Shown here one piece after another: positions 9,501 to 21,400 of a DNA stretch of 64,000 nt. Position numbers and translations under genes: made by a program. Numbering within the stretch: the stretch's first letter is position 1; each line of letters opens with the position of its first letter. The DNA is taken from assembly GCA_009781445.1 (NCBI GenBank), contig WQYD01000001.1, forward strand, positions 4,960-68,959, read 5' to 3'. Source of the DNA: Bacillota bacterium. Lineage in GTDB: Bacteria > Bacillota > Clostridia > Christensenellales > DTU072. The notes under the pieces are model-generated. The model ran no database searches, was not told the origin of the DNA, and saw nothing but the letters and a program-made list of their open reading frames with translations.

Positions 9501-12500
9501 TAACGAACTTGTGGTTAAATATTATAACGATTGGGAACCGCTTACAGGCAGTTTCCCTCAAACTGTTACCGCCACTTACGGTGCTTCAAACCAAGTTGCC
9601 ACATATAACGCGGACTTTGAATTTTACGCATATTTTGATCGCGCCACGGGATATTACATTGTTCCGAATAAACTTGGATACATTGTGCTTTACGATTATG
9701 AAAATAATTGCTACATAGCGGATTTGGGCATAAACGCCAAGTTTGATAAACTTTACGAACATTTGGAAGCAGACGGCATACCGATTTATCAAAGAGTTAT
9801 CCGTGATTTAAACTTTAACGAATATTTTTATGTGGTAGACAGCGAAATTTTTGGTTGGTACATTCTTAAAAATAACAATATCCGCATGATGTACAACATG
9901 GCGGAAGATTTTTACTTAATTTACAGCGAATCTCAGCTTAACCAAGCAAGGCAAATTCTTGCTAATAACAATGCGGATATCCGCTTTGTGGTAAGCACAA
10001 TTTCTGTGGCTTCGGGCGGAAATGTTACTGAGTACGACACAACCCACGAATTTACCTCAGGCTTAAGGCTGGTAAGCACAAACCTTGGCTTCCCTGTGCT
10101 TTACGCTTACGATCCGCTTACAAATTCTTCACGGTTTTATGTGGAATTTCAACATGAAATGTCTTCCGCACTTAACCTTTTCCCTGCAAGCGTAACGGTT
10201 AACACAGATATAAATTGGCAGATTATTGATTTTAACGGCGAAAAATGGGACAATTCAGATTGGGTAGACGCGCGTTTTTGGGCAATAGAACACAAAACCG
10301 AATTCTCGTGGGAAGACATGACTCTTGAGGGCGGTTTATTCATTGTAGAAGTTATCATAGGTAAAGGCATGATGGCAACTTACCGTGAACTCGTGCGTGC
10401 GCTTGTGCTTAACAGGACTATTGTTCCTATCGGCATGGCTTCAATCTTAATTGAAAACCCCGAAGCAGAGGGCGGTTACGAAAGAGTTTTAGTTCCTGTG
10501 ATTGATTCCGTTACGGTAGATCCTTATGCTTTCACCCTTTTAAGGGCGGATTATGAGAATAATTTAAGGATTCCGAGGGAATATCAACCCGAACTTTTAA
10601 ATAATTTTGTGAGGTGGTTCTTTAGCTTTTATGTGGTTTCCATGCACTTCACCGTGATTTATGACGATCCTGCTTACGATACCCGCAGTGAAATAAGGGC
10701 GCACCTTTGGGATTTTGAAGTTTACAATAAGGACAAGAGTGCTTATAAAGAATCCGATATTAACAACGCAGGGAACTTTACTTCCATAACTTATGTGGTG
10801 GCTTACTTCCACGGACAGCGCATTGCACTTCAAATTATCGTTCCGCCAAGGACTATTGCCGTGGCGGATAGCGGTGATTCCAAGATTATGTTCGCGGGCG
10901 AAAAGCGGTTTGGCGAATATACCGTGGACGCACTTTTGGAAGAAACTTATAAATTACCCCAAAAACCCACAATATATTTCACCCAAAGAGATTCAGACGG
11001 ATACGAACTAACTCTTAATTTAAATGATTTTTCACGCAGTGCAAGCACGGTGTTTGCGTCCTTACCCGCAGGGCTTAACATGAGTCGCAATTCTATCGGT
11101 TTGCATTCATTAGTGTCCTGCGTCATTAGTGATTGCTATCAATGCGATAGAGGCATGGGGGTAAATTACCCCGTCCGCAGTGATTCCATAAATTGGTCTA
11201 ACCCTGTGGCAGACAATGTGTATCTTGCAGGAAATGACGGAAAACCGTTCTTAACAAGCGGTACTAACACCACAACCGCGTTTTTTGATTTAAAAAACCA
11301 TGTAGATCCTCTTGGCATTTGGTTTAGCGATGTTTGGCGCAATCCTTTGCTTCGCTTAAGCGTGTTTGTGCCTGATAAGATTGTGGGCAAAATAGATGTT
11401 TCTCACGGCGGTGCGGTTCTTCCCGATAAAGCGTCTAACCTAACTGTGGGTAACGAAAGCAAAAGGGGCGTGCATTATGTGAACCCTTACGATATGAGTA
11501 CATGGGAAATCCCCACGGATTTAACGGTTTACTTCAATCCTGCCGAAGCAGGCGATCCTTATGACGCTAAAAATTACGAAATTTCGTGGAAATTGGAAGA
11601 CGAAAGCGGAAATGCGTACGATTTCATTGAATATAGGAACGGCAGATTCTATGCAACTCAAAACTTTATAGCAAGTTCAGATTCCTTTACCCACCGCGTG
11701 CTTAGGGCGGTAATCGGAAATGAAGGCGCATTAAGCCCGGACGGTGGCGCAATGTTTATTGTGCTTGAAGTGGTGCTAATTAAAGAATCCGCAGTGGTGG
11801 AAAACTTTGCTTACCTTGCTAAGGACGGCACTCACATAATGCTTTCGGCAGGGCTTGGGTTTGATAACAGCGCGCTTCTTGCACCGCCTTTCTATCAATA
11901 CGATCCTGCTAACCCCGAAAAGGTATCGCACATTTATGAGGTTGATACCCACCACAGGTTTGAAATTCCAAGTTTTGTGAGAGTTAAGTTTAATGACGGA
12001 ACTGTGCGGATTTTCAGCGCAAAGTGGACTAATCCCGAATCACCGTTCGCCCCAAATTCAATAAACACCATTCTTACCACAATAGGAAATCCTTTCTTTA
12101 GCGCAGAAATTCCGTTGACTATTCATGTGGCTAACAGGGCAGGGAATTACATAGAAGAAATTGAATTAAGAGATAATACAGACGATAATCTTCTTGGAAA
12201 GCACGGAATTGATTATATTGTGAACCATGACGCAAAGCGGATAGACATTTCGGGCGTTGTGTTCACAAATGACAGGATTAACGGCTTAAGCCCCTATCAG
12301 TTCTTTATGTTTTTATTCTCAAATGTGTATGTTAAACTTACGCCCCAAATTCTAAGCGGTGGTTACGACACGAATTTTGATAGCTTAATCGGAACAGAAA
12401 CGGTTATGAAAGATTTAATGCTTTGGAATGACGATCACAGATATTCCGCTTTCTGGCAAACGCTTTTAACCTTTGATTCACAAAAAATGATAGAAGATTT

Positions 12501-15378
12501 CTTGGGGCAAAGGCTGATTATATACTTCGGGCAGGGCGCAGGGGCAGACGATTATACCGTTTACTTCCATGCCACAGGAATCCCTGTGCTTGAAGGGGGC
12601 GCAATAGAGGAAATCACAGTGTTCCCCTTTGATCCTGCCACAGGCGCAAGCAATTATGAGGACGGGGACGGCTTCGTGTTTGCAAGGGATATTGAACTTA
12701 ACATTAAATATTTCGGGCAAGACTTAAGTTTAGTGCAAACCCCCGAAGTTTGGTATGTGGGCGCACCTGAGGGAATAGACGCGGTTACTTCGGGTTCGGT
12801 AATCCCCGCAGGCACGGCACTTACCATGATAACCAAGGACGAACTTGTGGCAATAGGCAGATATATTTGGATAACCACAATGCTTAGTGATTCTTCAAGG
12901 GTTTACCGCAAAATTAACATTGAGGGCGTTATGCTTGATTTGTTCAATTCCGTGGCTGATATTAACGATCCGAATAACCCTCTTGTGATAAGAAACAGCA
13001 CAATAGTTATAGATAATATTTATGCGGTTCTATGGGCAATAAGGAATATATCAAATGACAGCATTCCTAAAAATATCCGCTTTGCAGGCAGTGAAGCCAC
13101 AATTAGGGTGCTAAATTGGAACTTAAACGCAGAAACCGCAGGATTACTGAGAAACAGCGTTAATTATTTAACAAATTGGCAAGACGAACCGCGCTTGCTT
13201 GCAACCGCTGAAATCTTTGGCGAAACTTTAAAACTTTTCGTGGTGATTCTTCCCACGGAAATAGGCGGTATAGGGCTACACAGCGCGGTGGATTCCACGC
13301 GAAGTTTTGAATCCGAATTAGACGAAGACGGCGTTATCGCAGTGTACATAGACGCATACCATAACCGCGGATATAACGGAAACTTCACGCTACCTTTAAA
13401 TAACTTAAGGCTGTTCTTTATTGATCCGAACAGTAACAATAATCAGCTTTATAACGATCCTTGGATTTATAACGGTGCGACATATCAATCAGTTGCCCTT
13501 GGCATTAACATAACCGCCATAAGGTATAACTACAGCGGAATAATAGGTGATTTAGAGAACGGTATAAGCCGTGTAACGGTAACATTCACCATGCCTTGCG
13601 GTTTGCAAACTGTTACCGTTAGGTTTAACTTCCCCCCTAAAATCGTGAGTGAAATCAGTGTGGAAAACCCCATAGATAGCCTTAACCGCGGTAGAGGGGA
13701 ATATGAGATTGATCCTTACAGCGCAAGAATTCTAAATCACGAAGTAACCGTGTATTTCCAAGACGAAGCTATCGGCGGATATTATAAACCTTACGAATAC
13801 ACCGTTCCTCAGTGGATAGTACCAAGTGATTATGAACTTCTTTATAACACTTATGACAAGGTTTTAAAGGAAAGAGTAAATGATTACTTTGCGTTAACCG
13901 CAAACCTGCTTGGCGGTTCGCCCTCAGCCAACCAAATTTCAGCGCAAACGCTTAATTTAAAGGTGTTTGTGGTGGATAGGCTGTACACGGATTGGCGGTT
14001 CAGATCACAAAGCGCAGGGCTTACCTTAGCCGATACGCTTATCTCAGATTCTGATAACCCTAACGCTTTATATCATTACACGAACCCCTTTGAGGGCAGG
14101 GCAAACGATATGCCCCATGATATATTCGGCACAAACGGCGGAATAGCGAACACAACCTACCCCGTATCATGGGAATTTTATGACGAAAATATCCACAGCA
14201 ACGGTACTAACGGATTTAGGCTTGTACGCGGTACGGTTTACGGGCAGGGCGGGCAACAGGTTACCATAAGGGTTTATATTGATAATTGGGGCATTACCGC
14301 AATCAGCCGTGTGGTAAACGGTTCGCCGATAATTATAGATAGCAGTGATTACCGCTTCTTCTTTAGGCCTGATGACGGGCTTTGCAATGACTTAGTGTTC
14401 CAAGTAAGAATGCGCAAATTAAGGTATGACATAACAAAAGGGACACTGATGGACGCAATTTTTGAGGCAGAATTGTTTTATGCGCACGCAAGCGATGCGC
14501 CTGCGCATAGGAAAGATTACCTTATGCGTTGGGATTCTCAAGCCCTTTTAACCGCAAGCCAAGGAAATATGACTCAAGCCACAGGGCGCGTGGCACTAAT
14601 GGACGCTGACGGCAGAGAAAAGCTGTTAATAACCACGCAAGGGGTTTATCAGTACGAAACCATGAGGATAAACCACATCAATCTTGGATTCGGCGGTACA
14701 ACCGCACAACCGATTAACGGTGGCGGAATTGCAGGAAATCCCGTTTTTGCTGAATACAATGTGCTTTATGTGGTTAATCCGCTTAATATTAACTTCGCGC
14801 TTACCACCGTGGAAGCCTTCGGCGAAAGGCACGGTGTGCTAAATCAAAGCCTTGGCACTGCCACCATAAATTGGAACGGAAACTACGGCACAGGATATTG
14901 GGATAACCCAAGAAACAGAGAACAGTACTTAACAGGCGGTATATTTAACGGCTATAGGATTGAGTTAACCCTTAACTTTCAATTTAACACTTATGAACCC
15001 CAAGGCTTTAGAATCATGCTTGTGTTCCTTGATATGTCCCCCGAACCCACGGTGATTCATTCGGGTTACACTATTGATAATATACCCTTCATAAGCCAAG
15101 GTATGCCAAAGATTACATACCACGCGGAAACATATCTTGGGGTGGCTAACAGCCCTTATATCGTTAATTATTCCGCCCCTGTGATAGACGCATTAAACCT
15201 TGCAAGAAGCACGCTTCTTTCACCCACTTATCAAGTGTCAATACAAATAATATCTTGGCGCGATAATGAATTCCCGCCTAACCCCATTACCACGCGAAGA
15301 TTAGTTCGTTCGCGGACGGTTTCAATAAACGGAATTGTTTACAATTCGGGGATAGCAAGCCTGCAATTTGTGCCGTAA
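6514..15378 (+). CDS. Giant lipoprotein (2954 aa), putative cell-surface protein; function unknown
   Basis: Uninterrupted 8.9-kb ORF. N-terminal signal peptide with lipobox IISAC. Repeated beta-rich segments with motifs such as IPSFVRVKFNDGTVRIFSAKW. No catalytic motif recognised. Confidence 0.9.
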   Translation: MRTRSFTRQVFKTVAVVLSALFLLTIISACSPYLSGAKDRFPIDHDNNENKVVHQYPEHSDERRNAVIDRAIGAMDNLLVHLDSIETSETGYSIGAEIFINTYDDIPAERSAFKLNLRANLYTYPYEETDADGNIIMEYRKRDGKPLLPGQLLPGNMYRDEYGELVKAQERPMVNQAALKKHNELIKYNDIILEWYDAVNNQLMIGFYFDGINPNSADPGNNLYLNLLGDKRKFENFGDTVLYQQIVRLITKFNLNTLVGGVSGGDNSTVDDISTLLRLFVSTNYKETINDDVTSLYFHDVDLFYIVDDITTYMRSFFAPFEDKLDPLSNKYLGFRLSTLGTAQIASLATDMRFLVSTPRQAVGEILTGLELDLRGVSRVMKGTIQDTVDFTSQMKFEYNLRVSTDIRIENKQEYKLYEHGQYEFTADLYVPFIDLRADGLLRTDVNSYDNSKNRVFMEFYDKTNNEVLIGAYYTNELTYLNITNLQALYGGIKFEDINLPKAYRGGFNLSDLLKFVGDFLDEYIVLFVDNLLYNDDDESYANLTKTIMDNMESTMIDPDVPESRNTIRLRLNMELLRAVMKEMSDDGTEYTNDQMVGMLNEMFGIDIETIAALMGVNVKTLMDSIYFDITYDVDEYTIKIEVFTKETNPQGDLMLRLILTPIKMGESVVISFPSFEGFLPLLPIRTYSGNIEGQILFASTEEVDLSALLGAFVGDLSGLNTHYILPAEAKIAFTAGYDQYIRDQILENGRWTRAGRSAFAVSFFAVDASNNRTEIIRLYANDVRFDTSAPVEEFGYVWVDLICVPNFPRVKIREDLFMQSLYLYLNPDGVLLDDMNLTVGLTTVMNVLMEDSWVSFEPDVMRITTSNQLFKDFFRVDELIATVELQLGFKQRVRNIDEFEHQFAMYTVGHFSDIQGNSPYSIRLHPTIPVYFDFGNRIELRDFFVLYHPNSVEVLPGKGQADNPYFPTLDGLFMGVSRTYRVLVTGTQDGARASINELVVKYYNDWEPLTGSFPQTVTATYGASNQVATYNADFEFYAYFDRATGYYIVPNKLGYIVLYDYENNCYIADLGINAKFDKLYEHLEADGIPIYQRVIRDLNFNEYFYVVDSEIFGWYILKNNNIRMMYNMAEDFYLIYSESQLNQARQILANNNADIRFVVSTISVASGGNVTEYDTTHEFTSGLRLVSTNLGFPVLYAYDPLTNSSRFYVEFQHEMSSALNLFPASVTVNTDINWQIIDFNGEKWDNSDWVDARFWAIEHKTEFSWEDMTLEGGLFIVEVIIGKGMMATYRELVRALVLNRTIVPIGMASILIENPEAEGGYERVLVPVIDSVTVDPYAFTLLRADYENNLRIPREYQPELLNNFVRWFFSFYVVSMHFTVIYDDPAYDTRSEIRAHLWDFEVYNKDKSAYKESDINNAGNFTSITYVVAYFHGQRIALQIIVPPRTIAVADSGDSKIMFAGEKRFGEYTVDALLEETYKLPQKPTIYFTQRDSDGYELTLNLNDFSRSASTVFASLPAGLNMSRNSIGLHSLVSCVISDCYQCDRGMGVNYPVRSDSINWSNPVADNVYLAGNDGKPFLTSGTNTTTAFFDLKNHVDPLGIWFSDVWRNPLLRLSVFVPDKIVGKIDVSHGGAVLPDKASNLTVGNESKRGVHYVNPYDMSTWEIPTDLTVYFNPAEAGDPYDAKNYEISWKLEDESGNAYDFIEYRNGRFYATQNFIASSDSFTHRVLRAVIGNEGALSPDGGAMFIVLEVVLIKESAVVENFAYLAKDGTHIMLSAGLGFDNSALLAPPFYQYDPANPEKVSHIYEVDTHHRFEIPSFVRVKFNDGTVRIFSAKWTNPESPFAPNSINTILTTIGNPFFSAEIPLTIHVANRAGNYIEEIELRDNTDDNLLGKHGIDYIVNHDAKRIDISGVVFTNDRINGLSPYQFFMFLFSNVYVKLTPQILSGGYDTNFDSLIGTETVMKDLMLWNDDHRYSAFWQTLLTFDSQKMIEDFLGQRLIIYFGQGAGADDYTVYFHATGIPVLEGGAIEEITVFPFDPATGASNYEDGDGFVFARDIELNIKYFGQDLSLVQTPEVWYVGAPEGIDAVTSGSVIPAGTALTMITKDELVAIGRYIWITTMLSDSSRVYRKINIEGVMLDLFNSVADINDPNNPLVIRNSTIVIDNIYAVLWAIRNISNDSIPKNIRFAGSEATIRVLNWNLNAETAGLLRNSVNYLTNWQDEPRLLATAEIFGETLKLFVVILPTEIGGIGLHSAVDSTRSFESELDEDGVIAVYIDAYHNRGYNGNFTLPLNNLRLFFIDPNSNNNQLYNDPWIYNGATYQSVALGINITAIRYNYSGIIGDLENGISRVTVTFTMPCGLQTVTVRFNFPPKIVSEISVENPIDSLNRGRGEYEIDPYSARILNHEVTVYFQDEAIGGYYKPYEYTVPQWIVPSDYELLYNTYDKVLKERVNDYFALTANLLGGSPSANQISAQTLNLKVFVVDRLYTDWRFRSQSAGLTLADTLISDSDNPNALYHYTNPFEGRANDMPHDIFGTNGGIANTTYPVSWEFYDENIHSNGTNGFRLVRGTVYGQGGQQVTIRVYIDNWGITAISRVVNGSPIIIDSSDYRFFFRPDDGLCNDLVFQVRMRKLRYDITKGTLMDAIFEAELFYAHASDAPAHRKDYLMRWDSQALLTASQGNMTQATGRVALMDADGREKLLITTQGVYQYETMRINHINLGFGGTTAQPINGGGIAGNPVFAEYNVLYVVNPLNINFALTTVEAFGERHGVLNQSLGTATINWNGNYGTGYWDNPRNREQYLTGGIFNGYRIELTLNFQFNTYEPQGFRIMLVFLDMSPEPTVIHSGYTIDNIPFISQGMPKITYHAETYLGVANSPYIVNYSAPVIDALNLARSTLLSPTYQVSIQIISWRDNEFPPNPITTRRLVRSRTVSINGIVYNSGIASLQFVP

Positions 15379-15435
15379 GGGGCGCGCACAAATTGATTAA
15401 ACAAAAAAAGACGGAAGTACACAAAAAGGAACACA

Positions 15436-18400
15436 ATGAAAAAAACCCTTAAGCCCACAATACTAATTCTAATTACGCTTGTTTTAGTGCTTGCGCTTTT
15501 TGCGTGTGCTAATGACGGCGCAGGAAGCGGGGACGACTTCGTGGGCGGTAGCGGTTCAGGCCCTGTGTATAACCCACCCACGCAAAGCGAAATCATTTCA
15601 AAAATTAACCAAGGAATAAGAAACGGCGCAGAAGTGGCAGACGAATCGGTAAGATTCGTTAAAAGTGAATATACCTTTATTGTTCAGCCACGGATAAATG
15701 TTACGATAAGGTACGAAGCTAACTATAATTTAAATATTCGGCAGGACAGCGAATTTTTACTCAAAGTTACCAATAATGAAACCGCCGTTAACTCGCTGTT
15801 CTTTTGGTATAGGCACGGCAATTTATATTATCAATTTAACGATATCCGCATAAGGGAAACCGTGCCGATTGTGGGCAGTAACCCCCCAAGGCAGGAAAAC
15901 ACAGGCAGAGAATTTGTGGGAAGCCGAATTGAAGGCTTTGGCGGTGAAATTGCGTTTAACCTCTTTTTCACACTAATGAGGTTATTTGATTTGGATTCAT
16001 TCTTCTTTGCCGATCCTGATTTGTTTGATGTGAATGACGAATTTCCAGATGAACTCAATGATTTCAGCATGGATACATTTGCAGGATATGTGGCTTCAAT
16101 TATCGGAATGGCGGAAGATAAAAGCATATCAAGCCTTGAAGTAAGCCATGATAGAGAGGTTATCAATATCACAAATGTGGTTGTGGATAATTTAAAGGAT
16201 CGCATTAACAGGTTTTTAAGAGATTCCGTGAGGGACGGGCTTGGCACACGGCTTGACGCTTTAACCACAATACTATTCGGCTTCAATATATCCGATATAG
16301 GATTAACCGCAATTAACACCTTAAATGCGCAAAAAGTAAGCGTTATTCTTGAAAATGAAACGGTTAAGCAGGTGGATATTCTGTTTAACGGCGTTCAATC
16401 AAATAATATTGATAACTTCTCATTATCAATGCACTATGAAATCGGCACAGGTGCAAAAGCTATCAATCCGCCCGCGCTGGACGATCCAAGGAATGAAAAG
16501 AATATTTACGAACCCGTCCGCCTTGGGGAATTCCATTATGTGGGTACGGTTTACATTGATTCAATAGACGAAACATTTTTCTCAGAAATCAAAGGCAATT
16601 TAAACCCTTACGATAATATGCTTAACAGCTTTCTTGTGGATATAAGAAACAGAAGCGTTGGGTTAGATTCAAGTAGCCCCTTTTATAGGGACGATAGCAT
16701 TGCTTCGCTGTTTTTCAAAAATGAAATTTTGTTCATAGGGCTTGAGGGCTATATGAATAATTATATGACTAATAGTATTGCCCTTAAAGATTTAGGCTTA
16801 CCCAATGTAGCCTTTGCAGGGGTAGACACAGCTTCAATATTCAGTTCGCTTTTATCTTCAGTGATTCAGTTTTCTTCCGTAAGTTTAAGCCCTATGGCTT
16901 TGCTTTCACTTCTTTCGGTAGACGCAGGCACGGACAATGGGCTTTCCGTTCTTCTTTCCAAAATTAACACGGTAGACGGCACTAAACTTGAAATCACCAT
17001 TGATAAAGAACTACTTGAAATTTTACTTGAGGGTGATTCCTCTTTAAGCCTGACTTCATTCTTCACAAACCTCACAGGCATAACCCCTGCAATGGCGGAA
17101 AGCCTAATCGGTGGCGGAATGTTTGATAACTTGGTGCTGATTTACCGCTACGATTATGTAACGAAAGATATTGAACTTCAAATCAATTCAGGCAATGAAA
17201 GGCTTTGCATATTCTATCTTACCGCACAAAAGATAACGCTTGAATCGGGGCAAACTTCGTTTGAATTTTCCGCGCCCGAAGGGTTTAATGAAAATGATTA
17301 CGGCGCGTTTGTTCCGCCTGCGACAGTTGCGTTAAGAATGGATATTGAAATGCAACTTCAAGGTGTGGAAATTCAAAACCTATCCCAATTATTCGGCGCG
17401 CTTATCGGCGATAATTCGGGCAAAAATTCCCCCTTTGATTTCAGAATCGGGGATAAGCTATTTATTGAAACCGACATTTGGCTTGTGGGCGAGGATACTT
17501 ACCTTAAAGCCATGTTCTATTTACGCAGAGGCAATTGCACTGATTGCGATAAAACTATAAATGCAAATGAAAAGCTATGCTTAATTAACCCTTACATAAA
17601 CATTTTAAACATTTACACCCTTTCCACAAATGCGGATATCCTGCTTGTGGAAGTAAAAGCCATGCAGGGGTTACCCGAAATCAGTTTTAGGATACCCAAA
17701 AGCGTGGTTCAAGAACAGTTAAGTGAAGTTCAGGGCGAAAAAGGTGCTGGATTATTTAACACAGGAAGCGTTATGGATATCTATAATCTTCTGTTAAGAG
17801 AAAGTTCATATTACTTAATGGAAGACGAATATATAAGGTTTGCCCTAACCCCCGATATGCTTGACGGTGTGGGCAGAGATCCAGTAAGAGATATTATCGG
17901 CATAAGCGGATTTACGGCTGTGTTTAACGCGTCTATCAAATTCAATATGCCCAATGCGCTTTATAACGGAAATGAAAATAAGTTCGTTGTGCCAGAAGCA
18001 ATTATGCTTAACGATTTAGCGTTTGACAGCATTTACGAAGCCTATTGGCAAACTCACGCAGAGATTTCTTTCGGCGCGGAAAGGTTTTTATTTGAACTTT
18101 CGTTTACCGAAGATTCCGCTAAGTTAATATCGGGCGTGTTTCATTACAGCCCTAAAGCAAGGTTATTTGGCTTAAATGTGGGCTATGTAATGATTTTAAG
18201 AGATATTGAAAACGGCACAAAGTACATAGACGCCCTTCTTGAATACACCATTCTTATTGATCCTGCCGAAGAAAACCCCATTCCCGAAACGGTGGTGGTA
18301 AGGTACGATGACGGAACAACAGGACGGCAAAGTTTTGTCCTTGAGGGCTTTTCTTACACCGAAGATAATATTAAAAACGCAATGAACGGCGTGCCACCGA

Positions 18401-21400
18401 TTTCCTATAGGCTTATTATCGGGCTTGGAAGCATGGCGGAAACTTCATTTTTCGTTACGGTTGAAATCCTTTCCCGCCATATTGTAACAAATCACGGTAG
18501 CCAAGGAAATATCCCTGTGGTGGCTGAAATTACCATAGATCCGTACGATTTTTCACAAAAACGCACTCAGAACTCTGAATACGATCCCCTTGCAAGCGTG
18601 AGGGTTATTGATCTTGTGTTCTTAAATCCGGACGGCACAACTTATAGAGAACAAAATCTTACATTTGATTGGGAATTTGATACTTCATTCGTTACTTACG
18701 CAGGTGCAGTGGTTTATGTTCATTCAAACTTTAAAGAACTTGATGTTTATCTAAGAGTTATCGTTACCCCCAAATTTGTGGATTATATATCCATATCTTA
18801 TCTTGACAACGGCGTTAAAACGGCTACGGAAGAAAGAGGTGAGTACACAGTTGATATGCTTTTAAGAGATACTTACAGGATTCCCTTTGTAACTTCAAGC
18901 ACCGTGGAAATCCGCATTTACTTCCGTCAAGCAGGGGACGCAGAACCGCGTTATAGAATTGTGGGCGCAGTGGGTTCGGGAACGCCTTGCGAAGCGTCAG
19001 ACGGTTGGTATCATTTAAGCAATATCCGCTGGGATATAGAAAGCGCGGAAGAAAATAACTTAAGGGCAGAGGGTTCTCTCAACCCCTTAAGGGACGGAAA
19101 TAGGAATACCGCAATTAACAGGGGAACTTTCGCTTTTGGGGATGGTTACGCAGGCGCGCAAAGGTTTGAAATGATTGTTCGTGCGCCAAGCAGGCTTGTT
19201 CAGCCCGAAACCACCATGCGTTGCATTACCACCCTTGTTCAAAATGACGGCATAATCAGCAGTGATTCGGTGTGGGAACATATTCTTGTGTCAAGGGTAA
19301 GCCACGGCAATTTCGGGGACTTAACTTATAACAGGGACGGACACCCGATTGAAATCTTCCCAAGAAAGGACGGCGCAACTAACCGCTTACCCGAACACAT
19401 AAATATGCTTGTGTCCTACGCGGGTTCGGTGGTTAGGCGTGCTTATAAAATTGAATGGATTGAAAATTCTGTAATAGACGCAGACGGCAATATGAAGCAC
19501 TCTCTAATGCAGGAAACTTGGCTTGAAGTTAAGGGCAGAATCGGCAACGGCGCGATTACGCAAATTGTTACCCTTGTGGTGCATAATGCAGGCACAGATG
19601 TGTACGAAATTGTGTTTAGCTTCGCAGGCACGGAAAGTGATATTGTGCATAAGCCCGTGCCTATCCCCAACCCTCAAGATCCCCAAGGGCCTTTTATTGA
19701 AACCAAGGCTGAATGGATAATTAAACCCTATTCCAATCCTCATTTGCCTAATTTCTTAAGGGTAATTTACCTCATTGAGGGCGAAGAACTGCTGATTGAG
19801 ATTCAAAACCCGATTTGGCTTAGAGATATCAATATTCAAACCAACCCAAGTTTACCGCCGATATGGCAGGAAGAAACGGTTAGCCCCACAGAAGTTTTCC
19901 CCTATAACCAAGGCAGATATGAGGTTTATGTGCGCTTGCCCGAAGATAAGGATAAGGGGCTTGTTTCACGCAAAATCCCCCTTGTGGTTGTGGTTGAATT
20001 TGATTGGCTTGTCCGTGCTAATTATATTTATGATATAACCGATCGTTGCAACCCAAGCACAGTTTTAACCACAGGCGCGGTAACGGTAGGCACTTACGAA
20101 GCGGAATCTCAGAGTATTCATTCGCTTTTGGTTACTTATGTGGGCGGGCAAAGAATCGTGAATGATATAACCGTGGGCGCAATGCTTTCATATAACGCAG
20201 GAAATAGCCAAGAAGCCTTCCACGGCTTGCCTGTTTCTTGGAATCTTAATTCGCTTAACACATTTATTGATTGCCTTGAAAGCCCCCTTGGTTCTTCGCT
20301 TTACCCTAACGGCAGGGTGGAACTCTTTGGCTATATTTATCAAGGCACAGTGCTTGAACAAAGGGTTAATATTTGGTTTATCGTTCCCCAAAGCGAAATA
20401 ACGGGGCTTTCGTTCGGAAACTTTGCTTTTGGGCAAAGTGAGGAATATTACAAGATTCTTGAAATAGCGGTTGATTTAAACTTAAGGCTAATAAGCATAA
20501 ACCTTGATTTGGCTTACGCACTCTTTAACACCACATTTGCGTCTATTTACGGCTATCACTCAAGCCCCGAAAACCATAGAAATCTGCTGTATGATTTCAT
20601 TGATTATCTTTTTGCCAAGGTGGGATTTGGCTTTGAGGGCTTGCCGGGGTATCAAGATCATTCCGTTCTTTACAGCGCACCGCCCTTAAATATTTTCCCC
20701 TTGGCAGACGGGGTTGATAGCGTAACCGTGATTTTTGAACTGTATAAACTTGGAATAGGCAGTAATGCCTCTAAATTTGATATAGAATTTACATTTGTAA
20801 GAAGCAACCTGCCCACGGCAACGCTTTCACTGTTTGAAGAAGTGTTTACAGCGCAAGGCGTTTTCGTTTATAACGATTGGGATAGGGGCTTCCCCATGCC
20901 TCACGAAACAAGCGTGGAATACCTGCTTGCCACAAACGGTAACATTTTAGTTCCCACTGGAAACCACCTTGAACCTTACAGGCCGTTAAGTCCCCAAGGC
21001 ACAAGGTATCAAGTTAATTACTTTAACCTTATTTGGTATTCAAGTGAGGATTATTATGCGGATAACGGCAAAGTGCTTTTAAGAGATGCGCGCGTGGATT
21101 TTATCCCGGTGGAATTCTTTTCCCGTGCGGAACACCTAACCTTTTACACCACCCTTTACCCTCAAGGAATAAGGCTTTCGCTTCAAATCACATTCTATCA
21201 AAAGAATATCAATTTAACCGCTTACAATGCTTCTGGTGCAGATTCGCGCTATACGATTTCGGGCGGGCAGATCAATATAAATAACATTTATGATTTTTAT
21301 GAATTTAACCCCGCACTTCTTCCAAATAGGATTGTGCCGATTGTTACCTCTCAAGATACTTCCTATCAATTTAAGTACGATTTAGCCCCCGGCACGCCTG